From Bacteroidota bacterium (lineage in GTDB: Bacteria > Bacteroidota > Bacteroidia > Bacteroidales > FEN-979): DNA of 64,000 nucleotides. The position numbers were made by a program, and so were the translations under genes. Below are positions 35,308-44,458 of this stretch, piece after piece; position 1 is the first letter of the stretch, and each line of letters opens with the position of its first letter. Where the stretch lies: positions 384,422 through 448,421 of the forward strand of contig JAPLDF010000075.1 in NCBI GenBank assembly GCA_026391835.1. Reading direction: 5' to 3'. The notes beneath the pieces are model-generated. The model had not been told where the DNA came from. It did no database searches and was given only the letters and a program-made list of their open reading frames with translations.

Positions 35308-35435
35308 CACGCCAAATGAAACCAAACATCTCGTAACGTGCGGTGTGCGCAATGGGTGCTTGCTTAAACCGGTTATCAGTGATTAAACAGAGATAAAGTA
35401 AATCAGTTCATAAATTATTAACCAAAACTTTTAAA

Positions 35436-36743
35436 ATGCGAAGTATGAAAAAAATGATTGTAAATCCATTGGTCATTGTAATGTTGGTTGCTTTGACAAT
35501 GCTGGCTTGTTCTTCAAAGTATCCTGGTTATGATAAAACTACGTCAGGTTTGTATTACAAACTATATAAAGTAAGCAAGGACACGACCAAGGCAAAGCTC
35601 GGAGACTGGGTTTCGTTGAATATGAGTTACAAATACAAGGATTCGACCCTGTTTGACAGCAAAAAAGCAATGCAGGCTCCGGTAAGGTTCCAGCTTCCTG
35701 CATCTGAGTTCAAAGGTGATATTTATGAAGGTATCCGCATGCTTTCACCTGGTGACAGTGCCGATTTTATTATCAATGCCGACTCCCTGTTTACCAAGAC
35801 CTTCCGTCAGCCAAAACGTCCCCCGTTCATTGACAGCAACAGCGTGATCCATTTTTATATCACGATGCTTTCGATTGATTCGCCGGCAAGCATGATGCAA
35901 AAGGAGGAAGAATCTCTGAAGAAATACATTGAGGAGAAGAAAATTGCAATTTCCCCTGCTGCTTCAGGATTATACTTTATTGAGACATTAGCTGGCAAAG
36001 GTGCTAAAATCGACTCCGGTGTATGGGTGAAAGCTCATTTCAGCGTATCGCTCATCGATGGGAAACAGGTGTTTTCAACACAGGAACGTGGCGAACCGAT
36101 GGAATTTGAATTTGGAAAGAAATTTGACACCCCTGGATTTGAGGAAGGTGTCTCCAAAATGCTCAAAGGCGGTAAAGCCACTTTTATCGTTCCATCAAAA
36201 ATAGCCTTCGGCGAAACTGGTCGTGGTGCTATGGTTCCTCCCTATTCAACAGTCATATATAATGTGGAAATTGTTGATATTCAATCAAAAGCTGACCATG
36301 ACAAGCAGGCAGCCGAGAAGAAGAAAACAGAGGGGGCTAAACTCGAAACAAATAAAAAACAAGAAGGAGAACTCATGAAAAAATATCTGGTTGATCACAA
36401 AATCACTGCAAAGCCAACTGCAAGCGGGTTGATTTATGTTGAGAAAGTAAAGGGTACCGGCGCCAAAGCTGCAGCCGGAAAAAAGGTGAAAGTTCATTAC
36501 ACGGGAACTTTGTTGAATGGCACCAAATTTGATTCATCACGCGACCGCAATGAGCCTTTTGAATTTGTTTTAGGACAAGGCCAGGTCATCAAAGGCTGGG
36601 ATGAAGGTATTGCCATGATGAATGTTGGCGGCAAGGCCACACTGGTGATTCCATCAAACATTGCTTACGGTGAACGTGATATGGGACAGATTCCTCCCTA
36701 TTCCACACTGGTATTTGATGTTGAACTTATGGATGTAAAATAA
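35436..36743 (+). CDS. triple-FKBP-domain peptidyl-prolyl isomerase lipoprotein
   Basis: 435 aa with lipobox (LTMLAC). Three FKBP-like modules; the last has the canonical VKVHYTGTLLNGTKFDSS...VIKGWDEGIAMMNVGGKATLVIPSNIAYG. Confidence 0.85.
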   Translation: MRSMKKMIVNPLVIVMLVALTMLACSSKYPGYDKTTSGLYYKLYKVSKDTTKAKLGDWVSLNMSYKYKDSTLFDSKKAMQAPVRFQLPASEFKGDIYEGIRMLSPGDSADFIINADSLFTKTFRQPKRPPFIDSNSVIHFYITMLSIDSPASMMQKEEESLKKYIEEKKIAISPAASGLYFIETLAGKGAKIDSGVWVKAHFSVSLIDGKQVFSTQERGEPMEFEFGKKFDTPGFEEGVSKMLKGGKATFIVPSKIAFGETGRGAMVPPYSTVIYNVEIVDIQSKADHDKQAAEKKKTEGAKLETNKKQEGELMKKYLVDHKITAKPTASGLIYVEKVKGTGAKAAAGKKVKVHYTGTLLNGTKFDSSRDRNEPFEFVLGQGQVIKGWDEGIAMMNVGGKATLVIPSNIAYGERDMGQIPPYSTLVFDVELMDVK

Positions 36744-36764
36744 CATTAAGAATCTAATGTTGAG

Positions 36765-36797
36765 AAAGGCTGGTTGCTTTCGCAACCAGCCTTTTCT
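36765..36797. terminator. bidirectional rho-independent terminator
   Basis: Stem ggctggttgc/gcaaccagcc with a tttc loop, flanked by AAA and TTTT. It sits between the convergent FKBP gene and uvrB. Confidence 0.8.
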
Positions 36798-36801
36798 GTT
36801 T

Positions 36802-38832
36802 TTACCCAGCCCCGGATTTATCAAGCAAACCCTGCAGCGCTTTCAACTCATCCCTCAGGCGTGCCGCTTCCAAGAAATCAAGGCTCTTTACGGCATCTTC
36901 CATTGCTTTCCGGTTTCGCGTTACAAGTTTCTGCAGTTTTTCCTTTGAAAGGTATTGGATCAGCGGATCGGCTGCCACATCGGTTTTTTCACTTTCATAA
37001 TATGGAACAGGATGTGGCCTGTTGCCATCAGCAACAGCAGTTTGTCCCATGATATCACGCGTGCTCTTGACGATCTGGGTAGGGGTGATGCCGTGTTTGG
37101 TATTATAGGCAATCTGCTTCTCCCGCCTGCGGTTTGTTTCATCCATCATCCTGCGCATAGATTCCGTTACCTTGTCGGCATACATGATCACCTTGCTGTT
37201 GATATTCCTTGCAGCACGGCCGGCTGTCTGGGTCAGGGAGCGTTCAGACCTCAGAAATCCTTCCTTATCGGCATCCAGGATTGCCACAAGTGAAACTTCG
37301 GGCAGATCCAATCCTTCGCGCAGGAGATTCACGCCAACCAGCACATCGAAGACACCAAGCCGCAGATCTCTCAGAATTTCAACCCGCTCCATGGTATCGA
37401 CGTCAGAATGGATGTACCGGCAGCGGATATCGATTTTTGTAAAGTAATTGGTAAGTTCTTCCGCCATCCTTTTGGTCAGGGTAGTTACCAGTGTACGTTC
37501 ATTCTTGATGATGCGCTGGTTGATCTCGTCAAGCAGGTCATCTATTTGCCTTAAACTGGGCCTTACCTCCACGTATGGATCGAGCAGGCCTGTCGGGCGG
37601 ATGACCTGTTCAACCATGATCCCTTCGCATTGCTGCAATTCGAAATCAGCCGGCGTTGCGCTGACATAGATGGTTTGCGGGACAATCGTCTCAAATTCCT
37701 CAAATTTCAAAGGCCTGTTATCCATGGCCGACGGCAGCCTGAAGCCATACTCAACAAGCGTTTGCTTGCGGGAACGGTCACCACCGAACATAGCCCTGAT
37801 CTGAGGAATGCTGACATGGCTTTCATCAATGACCATTAGAAAATCTTCAGGGAAAAAATCCAGCAGGCAGAATGGCCGGGATCCCGAGGTACGGCCATCA
37901 AAATACCTTGAATAGTTTTCAATGCCGGAACAATAGCCCAGTTCCCTCATCATTTCGATGTCGTAGCTCACCCGGTCCTCAAGCCGCTTTGCTTCCAACT
38001 CCTTGCCGTTTTCCCTGAAATAGGCGCATTGCCTGATAAGGTCATCCTGTATGTCGACAAGGGCCTCGCGCATTTTATCCTGTGATGTAACAAATATGTT
38101 GGCCGGATAGAGCGTCATCAGGTCCATTTTTTCGATCTTTCGCCCGGTCAGCGGATCAAATGACTCAATACTCTCTACTTCGTTGCCAAGGAAAATAACC
38201 CTGTAGGCAATATCGAGATAGGCAGGGAAAATATCAACGGAGTCACCCTTTACGCGGAACCGGCCACGGGTGAATTCTGCTTCTGTCCTTGAGTACAGAC
38301 TGTTAACGAGCGTGTTGAGTAATTTTTTACGACCAAGCTGGTCCCCGGGCTGAAGGCGAATGACATTCTCGCTGAAATCCTCCGGGTTGCCAATGCCGTA
38401 AATGCAGGAAACCGATGAGACCACGATGATGTCACGACGCCCCGACAACAGGGCTGAAGATGCGCTCAATCTCAATTTCTCGATCTCTTCGTTTATCGAA
38501 AGATCTTTTTCAATATAGGTGTTGGTCACCGGGATAAAGGCTTCCGGCTGGTAGTAGTCATAATAGGAAACGAAAAATTCCACCGCGTTATCGGGGAAAA
38601 ACTGCTTGAACTCACCATAAAGCTGGGCTGCCAGTGTTTTATTATGGCTCAGCACCAGCGTGGGCTTTTGAACCTGCTGGATGACGTTGGCAATGGTAAA
38701 GGTTTTACCGGAACCTGTCACGCCCAGAAGTACTTGCCCCGGATCGCCGCGCTCAACGCCTTCAACAAGCTGCCTGATGGCTTCGGGCTGATCGCCGGTA
38801 GGTTTGAATTCAGATGTAAGTTTAAATTCCAA
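36802..38832 (-). CDS. uvrB: excinuclease ABC subunit B
   Basis: 676 aa: FKPTGDQPEAI, Walker A GVTGSGKTFT, and a C-terminal UVR domain (LDFLEAARLRDEL). Confidence 0.95.
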   Translation of the reverse strand: MEFKLTSEFKPTGDQPEAIRQLVEGVERGDPGQVLLGVTGSGKTFTIANVIQQVQKPTLVLSHNKTLAAQLYGEFKQFFPDNAVEFFVSYYDYYQPEAFIPVTNTYIEKDLSINEEIEKLRLSASSALLSGRRDIIVVSSVSCIYGIGNPEDFSENVIRLQPGDQLGRKKLLNTLVNSLYSRTEAEFTRGRFRVKGDSVDIFPAYLDIAYRVIFLGNEVESIESFDPLTGRKIEKMDLMTLYPANIFVTSQDKMREALVDIQDDLIRQCAYFRENGKELEAKRLEDRVSYDIEMMRELGYCSGIENYSRYFDGRTSGSRPFCLLDFFPEDFLMVIDESHVSIPQIRAMFGGDRSRKQTLVEYGFRLPSAMDNRPLKFEEFETIVPQTIYVSATPADFELQQCEGIMVEQVIRPTGLLDPYVEVRPSLRQIDDLLDEINQRIIKNERTLVTTLTKRMAEELTNYFTKIDIRCRYIHSDVDTMERVEILRDLRLGVFDVLVGVNLLREGLDLPEVSLVAILDADKEGFLRSERSLTQTAGRAARNINSKVIMYADKVTESMRRMMDETNRRREKQIAYNTKHGITPTQIVKSTRDIMGQTAVADGNRPHPVPYYESEKTDVAADPLIQYLSKEKLQKLVTRNRKAMEDAVKSLDFLEAARLRDELKALQGLLDKSGAG

Positions 38833-38843
38833 TGGTAAATGAT

Positions 38844-39965
38844 TTAAGGGATTTTTACAAGCGTGGTAGTAATGGGGTAATGGTCGGATAAATCCACGTC
38901 GAAGGTCCGGTATGAAACGGATTTGAACTTCTCGGAATGGAGAATATAGTCGATCCGGAAGGAAGGGAATTTTCCGGCATAGGTGCTTTCAAACAGGCCA
39001 TCGCCGCTCTCAATAAATGAATCTGTTAATTTGGAAGTCAACTGATGATAAGTATATGAGGAGGGTGTGTCGTTGAAATCGCCTGAAAGGATTACAGGGT
39101 ACCGGCAGGCGGCAATGTGTTCCTTCAGGATGTTTACTTGTGTTGATCTGAGAATAAATGCTTTACGAAGTTTCCACAACATCCGCTTCGATCCTTCCTT
39201 TATAGGTGTTGACTCTTCGACATCGGGTTCGGTCAGGTGTGAATAAAATGTGTAATCCTGGTTCCCGAACCGGATTGATTCGAGGTGCAGGTTGTAAACC
39301 CTTATGGTATCCCTGTCCATGACAATATCGCTGAAGATGGCATAAAGACTATGCCCTGGAAGCCGCAAATACCCGAAATTCACAATGGGAAATCGTGAAA
39401 ATGTAGCGATTGCATTGATTTTACGCTTGTTCGTGAAATCCTGGTAATTTTTGAATGCGTTAAAATCGTGATGAATTGAGTTTGCAAATTTGGTAAGGGT
39501 TTTTGAGAAATCCTCTCCGGTGGCAAAGAACTCCTGGACACAAACGATGTCGGCATGTTGCCTGGCCAGGAACTCGGTTACCTTGCTTTTCGTTGCCTGT
39601 TTGCTGTCCGCCCTTTGATTCCCGTAAAGCGAATGCACATTGAAACTGACGATCTTGATTGTTTCATAGGTTGATGGCTTCGGATGGGTAAACCGGAAGG
39701 GATAGATGGCCCGTAGGTTGGTAAATCCGGCGAGGATGGTGATCAGCGAAACAAAAATAAACCGCTTCCACGTAATCAGCCATAAAAACACAAACGCAAG
39801 GTTGAGGATCAGGAAAACCGGGTATGCCAGGCCAAAGAATGCCAGCAGCCAGAACTTGTCCGGACTGATATAACCTGCAAGGTAGGAGGCGATTAAACCG
39901 GCTACAACACAAATATTGAGAAAATACAATATCTTTTTCAGGATTGACAGGCTTTTCATCATCAA
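38844..39965 (-). CDS. membrane-anchored endonuclease/exonuclease/phosphatase (EEP) family protein
   Basis: 373 aa with three N-terminal TM helices and EEP motifs SFNVHS, VQEF, GDFND and SDHYPI. Confidence 0.8.
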   Translation of the reverse strand: MMMKSLSILKKILYFLNICVVAGLIASYLAGYISPDKFWLLAFFGLAYPVFLILNLAFVFLWLITWKRFIFVSLITILAGFTNLRAIYPFRFTHPKPSTYETIKIVSFNVHSLYGNQRADSKQATKSKVTEFLARQHADIVCVQEFFATGEDFSKTLTKFANSIHHDFNAFKNYQDFTNKRKINAIATFSRFPIVNFGYLRLPGHSLYAIFSDIVMDRDTIRVYNLHLESIRFGNQDYTFYSHLTEPDVEESTPIKEGSKRMLWKLRKAFILRSTQVNILKEHIAACRYPVILSGDFNDTPSSYTYHQLTSKLTDSFIESGDGLFESTYAGKFPSFRIDYILHSEKFKSVSYRTFDVDLSDHYPITTTLVKIP

Positions 39966-39979
39966 ACCTTTGGATTATA

Positions 39980-40918
39980 TCAGCGTTTATTCGATGTTTT
40001 AAAAAGAAACTCTTTTTCCTCCTTTGTCAGGCAATCATATCCTCCCCTTGAAATTTTATCTAGGATTTCATCCACCCTGTTTTGCGCTTCCCGTTTTTTC
40101 AAATTGTACTCTTCATCTGAAACAGGCCTGGCCTGATTTACAAAGGGGTCATGCCGGGTGCCATTCCTCTTCCTGAAAAGGTTGAAGAAATTCCGGATGA
40201 ATTCGGGTGGATTCCCGCGTTGGAACGATGTTTTTGAGAACCTGAACAGTGATATATACATCGCGCCAAAAAGTGCGCCACCGATATGGGCGATATGTCC
40301 GCCGGCATTTCCCGACGGGATCATAAAAAAATCAAACACAAAAAGGATGATGGCAAGATATAGGATTTTCAATCTTCCGAAAAGAAAAAGCTGGATGGTG
40401 TAATTTGGCACGTAAACCGCCACTGAGGCCACGATGGCCATGACCGAAGCAGAGGCGCCAAGCGCGAAGGATACCGGAACAATGGCCGAAAAAACCGGGA
40501 AAACATTAAAGGCAAACACATAAAAAAGGCCTCCGCAGATTCCCCCGAGAAAATAGATCAGGACCAGTTGCCTGGAGGGCAGGAATTCCAGGAATATCCG
40601 TCCAAACCAGTATAGCCATAACATGTTGAACAGGATGTGCCATATATCGAAATGGAGGAACATATAGGTTAACACCGTCCATGGCTTCATATACAAAACG
40701 GGAACAGAAGCGGGAATTGCCAGTGCGTGAAGCAACATGGTATTCACAATGTCACCGTCGGGGCTGTTATAAAAGAAAAAAACGACTTTTACTGCCTGCA
40801 CCAATACCCAAACAGCGACATTCACAAGGATCAACACCGATAAGGCAGAGCCTTGCCTGAAAAACCGTTTTATTTCGTCGAATGGGTTTCGGTTCTGGTT
40901 GTAATTATAATTTGTCAT
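39980..40918 (-). CDS. rhomboid-family intramembrane serine protease
   Basis: 312 aa: HFDIWHILFNM and GASASVMAIV (GxSx) motifs, with a C-terminal soluble tail. Confidence 0.8.
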   Translation of the reverse strand: MTNYNYNQNRNPFDEIKRFFRQGSALSVLILVNVAVWVLVQAVKVVFFFYNSPDGDIVNTMLLHALAIPASVPVLYMKPWTVLTYMFLHFDIWHILFNMLWLYWFGRIFLEFLPSRQLVLIYFLGGICGGLFYVFAFNVFPVFSAIVPVSFALGASASVMAIVASVAVYVPNYTIQLFLFGRLKILYLAIILFVFDFFMIPSGNAGGHIAHIGGALFGAMYISLFRFSKTSFQRGNPPEFIRNFFNLFRKRNGTRHDPFVNQARPVSDEEYNLKKREAQNRVDEILDKISRGGYDCLTKEEKEFLFKTSNKR

Positions 40919-41748
40919 GTATACAATCCTGTTTTTTTCTTCCAGTAGAGGATTAAAAAGAAACCAAATATCATGCCGCCAAGATGTGCAAAATGTGCCA
41001 CATTGTCGTTGGGGTTGTTGGAAATGCCCGAGAAGAGTTCAAATGCCCCGTAAATGATCACGATCCACTTGGCCTTGATTGGGAAAAGGAAATAGACATA
41101 AACGAGCATGTTCGGGAACATCATCCCGAAGGCAAGCAGGATTCCGTATACCGCCCCTGAGGCACCGACGGTGGGCACATCCATTTGCAGTTTTAATAGC
41201 TGGTTGATATAGTCCAGCGACTGGCTGGAATAACCCGGACTATTCTTTGCCAGGGACCATTCACCGATAAAACTTTTAAGTGTTCCTTCTGCTTCGTAAT
41301 ATCCCGGGTAATAGTGCCTGATAAAGCCAACAAAACCATCCAGCGTGGGATTTGCAGCATATGCATGGGCTGCAGACTGTACAGCAGATATGTCTATCCA
41401 GTGAACCAGCATTTGGATGACTGCGGCACCCATACCCGTAACGATATAGTAGATTAAAAATCGTTTGGAACCCCATACATTTTCAAGCAGGTAGCCAAAC
41501 ATCCAAAGTGCGAACATGTTCCACACGACATGCGGAATACTGCTGTGCATGAACATATAGGATACAAACTGGTACGGGCGGAATAAATCCGACTGGAAAT
41601 AGTGGAGCCCGAGCAGGTTCACAAGGTCAATTCCAAACGCAGATTCAAATGAAATTGTTGCCAGGTAAAATAACCCGTTGATGATCAACAGATTTTTTAC
41701 GACCGGGGGAAGCAGGTTGAATCCGGCAGGACTGTATTGTTGCGACAT
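40915..41748 (-). CDS. rhomboid-family intramembrane serine protease
   Basis: 277 aa: HSSIPHVVWNM and GASGAVYGIL motifs. 4-nt overlap with the downstream rhomboid paralog. Confidence 0.8.
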   Translation of the reverse strand: MSQQYSPAGFNLLPPVVKNLLIINGLFYLATISFESAFGIDLVNLLGLHYFQSDLFRPYQFVSYMFMHSSIPHVVWNMFALWMFGYLLENVWGSKRFLIYYIVTGMGAAVIQMLVHWIDISAVQSAAHAYAANPTLDGFVGFIRHYYPGYYEAEGTLKSFIGEWSLAKNSPGYSSQSLDYINQLLKLQMDVPTVGASGAVYGILLAFGMMFPNMLVYVYFLFPIKAKWIVIIYGAFELFSGISNNPNDNVAHFAHLGGMIFGFFLILYWKKKTGLYT

Positions 41749-41762
41749 AGAGGTAATAACCG

Positions 41763-43625
41763 TTAAATTTTAAATTTGGTATTCAACTCGTCATAAGAAA
41801 TGACCAGCATTGTTGGTTTCCCATCCGGAGAAATTCCCGGTACTTTGCAGGCAAACAGGTTCTCAACCAAAGAATCCATCTCTTCCTGGTAGAGCTTTTT
41901 TCCCCTTTTTATAGAAAGTTTTTTAGCCATGGCTTTGGCCAGCACCTGGCTTTGATCATTTTTTTGCTCTTGACCCGGAGATTTGAGAGACTCAAGAACT
42001 GATTCGATGAAAGTGCTGATATCCGAAGTTTCAAGGTGTGCAGGGATTGCATGGATGACAAAACTTCCCTTCCCGAAATCGTCGATTTCAAAGCCAAGTT
42101 TCCGGAAATGGCTTTCCCATTCCTGAAAAAACTGGGCATCATCCGGGCTCAGTGTGATTGTTTGGGGGATGAGCTGGTGCTGCCCGGGATTTGTTTCTGC
42201 CAGGTTTGCTTCTAAAAACCGCTCATATAACACCCGTTCATGCGCATGTTGCTGATCGATGATAATTACCCCAGATTGCGTATTTGTAACAATAAATGAA
42301 TTTTGAACCTGGACTCCTCTTTTCCTGTTTGTTGTTTCACTGGAGTCAGCGCCTGATTCCCCGAAATTACCCGTCCTGGCAGAGGGGAAATCAATGATCT
42401 CACCCTGCGCAGGCGTAGTATTGTACAATTCACGCCATCCCTGGATTGATGGCGGTGGCTTTTGCGGGAAGGAGAAACTCGTTTGGGGTTGTATTTTCTT
42501 TTCAAACGGGTTATAGTTCGGGTTGACGGTTATGACAGGCTGCCTGATCGGATGATTGTCGGGAAGCGGGGGGAAGTTCATGCTTTGTTCTGTCTCAAAG
42601 TCCAGGGTAGGCGACAGGCTGAATTTGCCGATGGCCTGTTTGACTGCTGCATGCAGAATTGCATAGATACTTTTGATATCCTGGAAATTGATTTCAGTTT
42701 TGGTTGGATGGATGTTGACATCAATTGTCTGGGGATCAACTTCCATAAAAATAAAGTAGGAGGGAATTGAATCATCCGGGATCAATTCCTTAAAAGCACT
42801 GTCAACAGCATGGTGCAGGTATGAGCTTTTAATGAACCTGCCATTTGTAAAGAAGTATTGCTCACCTCTTGTTTTTTTTGCGAATTCAGGTTTGCCGATA
42901 AATCCCGAAATATTGACAAGGTCCGTTTGTTGTTCGACGGGAATCAGGCGTTGCGTGTACGATGGTCCGTAAAGGTTGATGATTCGCTGCTTAAGGTTGG
43001 CTGCAGGCAGCTGGAAGAGGATTTTATCCTGGTTGTAAAAAGTGAACGCCAGGTCTGGGTTTACCATTGCTACACGGAAAAACTCCTCGATGATGTATTT
43101 TAATTCGAGTGTGTTGGATTTCAGGAAATTCCTGCGTGCGGGAACATTAAAGAACAGGTTTTTTACGCTGATGGTGGTTCCGTTCTGGCAGTTGACAGGC
43201 GACTGTCCTTTGAATTCTGTACCTTCGATCAGGATGGAAGTGCCAACTTCATCCTCATGCCGTTTTGTTTTAAGTTCCACCTGGGCAATTGAGGCGATTG
43301 AAGCGAGCGCCTCACCGCGGAATCCAAGGGTCCTGATCGCCAGCAGATCATCGGCTTTCTGAATTTTAGAGGTCGCATGCCGTTCAAAGCACATCCTGGC
43401 GTCGCGTTCCGACATACCACAACCATTGTCGGTAACCTGGATAAGCATTTTTCCTGATTCTTTGATAATCAGTTTGATATCCGTAGCACCGGCATCAATG
43501 GTATTTTCCAGCAACTCCTTCACTGCCGAAGCGGGCCGCTGAACAACTTCGCCCGCAGCAATCTGGTTTGCCACGGCATCAGGTAAAAGACGAATAATAT
43601 CAGTCATCTCAGCAAAAGTACCCAT
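41763..43625 (-). CDS. mutL: DNA mismatch repair protein MutL
   Basis: 620 aa: VANQIAAGEVVQRPASAVKELLENTIDAG...DNGCGM (GHKL ATPase). Confidence 0.95.
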   Translation of the reverse strand: MGTFAEMTDIIRLLPDAVANQIAAGEVVQRPASAVKELLENTIDAGATDIKLIIKESGKMLIQVTDNGCGMSERDARMCFERHATSKIQKADDLLAIRTLGFRGEALASIASIAQVELKTKRHEDEVGTSILIEGTEFKGQSPVNCQNGTTISVKNLFFNVPARRNFLKSNTLELKYIIEEFFRVAMVNPDLAFTFYNQDKILFQLPAANLKQRIINLYGPSYTQRLIPVEQQTDLVNISGFIGKPEFAKKTRGEQYFFTNGRFIKSSYLHHAVDSAFKELIPDDSIPSYFIFMEVDPQTIDVNIHPTKTEINFQDIKSIYAILHAAVKQAIGKFSLSPTLDFETEQSMNFPPLPDNHPIRQPVITVNPNYNPFEKKIQPQTSFSFPQKPPPSIQGWRELYNTTPAQGEIIDFPSARTGNFGESGADSSETTNRKRGVQVQNSFIVTNTQSGVIIIDQQHAHERVLYERFLEANLAETNPGQHQLIPQTITLSPDDAQFFQEWESHFRKLGFEIDDFGKGSFVIHAIPAHLETSDISTFIESVLESLKSPGQEQKNDQSQVLAKAMAKKLSIKRGKKLYQEEMDSLVENLFACKVPGISPDGKPTMLVISYDELNTKFKI

Positions 43626-43680
43626 AATTTTCTAATGTTCAATGGCAGCCAGGAGGAGCTTGTTGACAGATTCATTTACC

Positions 43681-43718
43681 ATATAAAATAAAGCACCATT
43701 GAATATTTCTTCAATGGT
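43681..43718 (-). terminator. rho-independent terminator
   Basis: 11-bp stem gcaccattgaa/ttcaatggtgc. On the minus strand it is followed by tttatttta. Downstream of the membrane-protein gene ending at 43785. Confidence 0.7.
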
Positions 43719-43784
43719 GCAAAACGATTAAGTGCTTTTCAGAATGTTCTTCCTTTTGTCCGCAAAGGATCAAAAGTCATTCAG

Positions 43785-44345
43785 TCAGAATCTGGATCTG
43801 TCCAGAACCGGGAACCTCATCTGAACCAGATAGAAGGCTCCATAGAATGCCGCACTGAAAAAAGTGGTTCCGAGGAGATCATTCATAAAGAATGAAAGCC
43901 CGTTGGCAGTATCACGAAAAAACATCAGGCCTGCAACATAACATTCAGCAAGACCTGCTGCGGTTTGCGGGTAATAGGGACTGGCAACCCATGAGAAAAA
44001 ATTTGTTATCAGGAAAAAGATAACAGCTGAAGAAAATGAAGCCAGTACAACGGATCCCACATTCACTTTTTTCCGGATCGCAATACCAATAAGAACCGTG
44101 ATGGCAAAACTCATGTAAACAGCAGGCATATTGGCATGCAGACCAATAACGAGATCGCTTATGAACATCGCGGCGATCGGAATGGCGAAAGCAAACTGCT
44201 TTCTGTCGAAATAGGTACCAGCAAAAAGAGCCATGGCTGCAATCGGCGTAAAGTTCGGCCAATGCGGCAGCAGCCTCAACAGGGCTGCGACAAGAACAAC
44301 TGAAAAAACAACGATAAATCTAGGGTTGATAGACTTATATCTCAT
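43785..44345 (-). CDS. polytopic membrane protein (DUF6580 / ECF S-component-like, low-confidence family call)
   Basis: Start trimmed to M10 of the ORF. About 6 predicted TM helices; no catalytic motif. Confidence 0.5.
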   Translation of the reverse strand: MRYKSINPRFIVVFSVVLVAALLRLLPHWPNFTPIAAMALFAGTYFDRKQFAFAIPIAAMFISDLVIGLHANMPAVYMSFAITVLIGIAIRKKVNVGSVVLASFSSAVIFFLITNFFSWVASPYYPQTAAGLAECYVAGLMFFRDTANGLSFFMNDLLGTTFFSAAFYGAFYLVQMRFPVLDRSRF

Positions 44346-44421
44346 TAATATATTAGGTTTAGAATGATACAAAAATAGTAAATCATTTTAACAAAAGTCA
44401 AGTCTTGTGAAAAATAGTTTC

Positions 44422-44429
44422 TATTTTTG
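44422..44429 (+). promoter_or_regulatory. -7 promoter box (TATTTTTG)
   Basis: Matches TAnnTTTG; lies 29 nt upstream of the ATG at 44459. Confidence 0.45.
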
Positions 44430-44458
44430 GCGAACAATCATTAAACCAATACCTTAAA

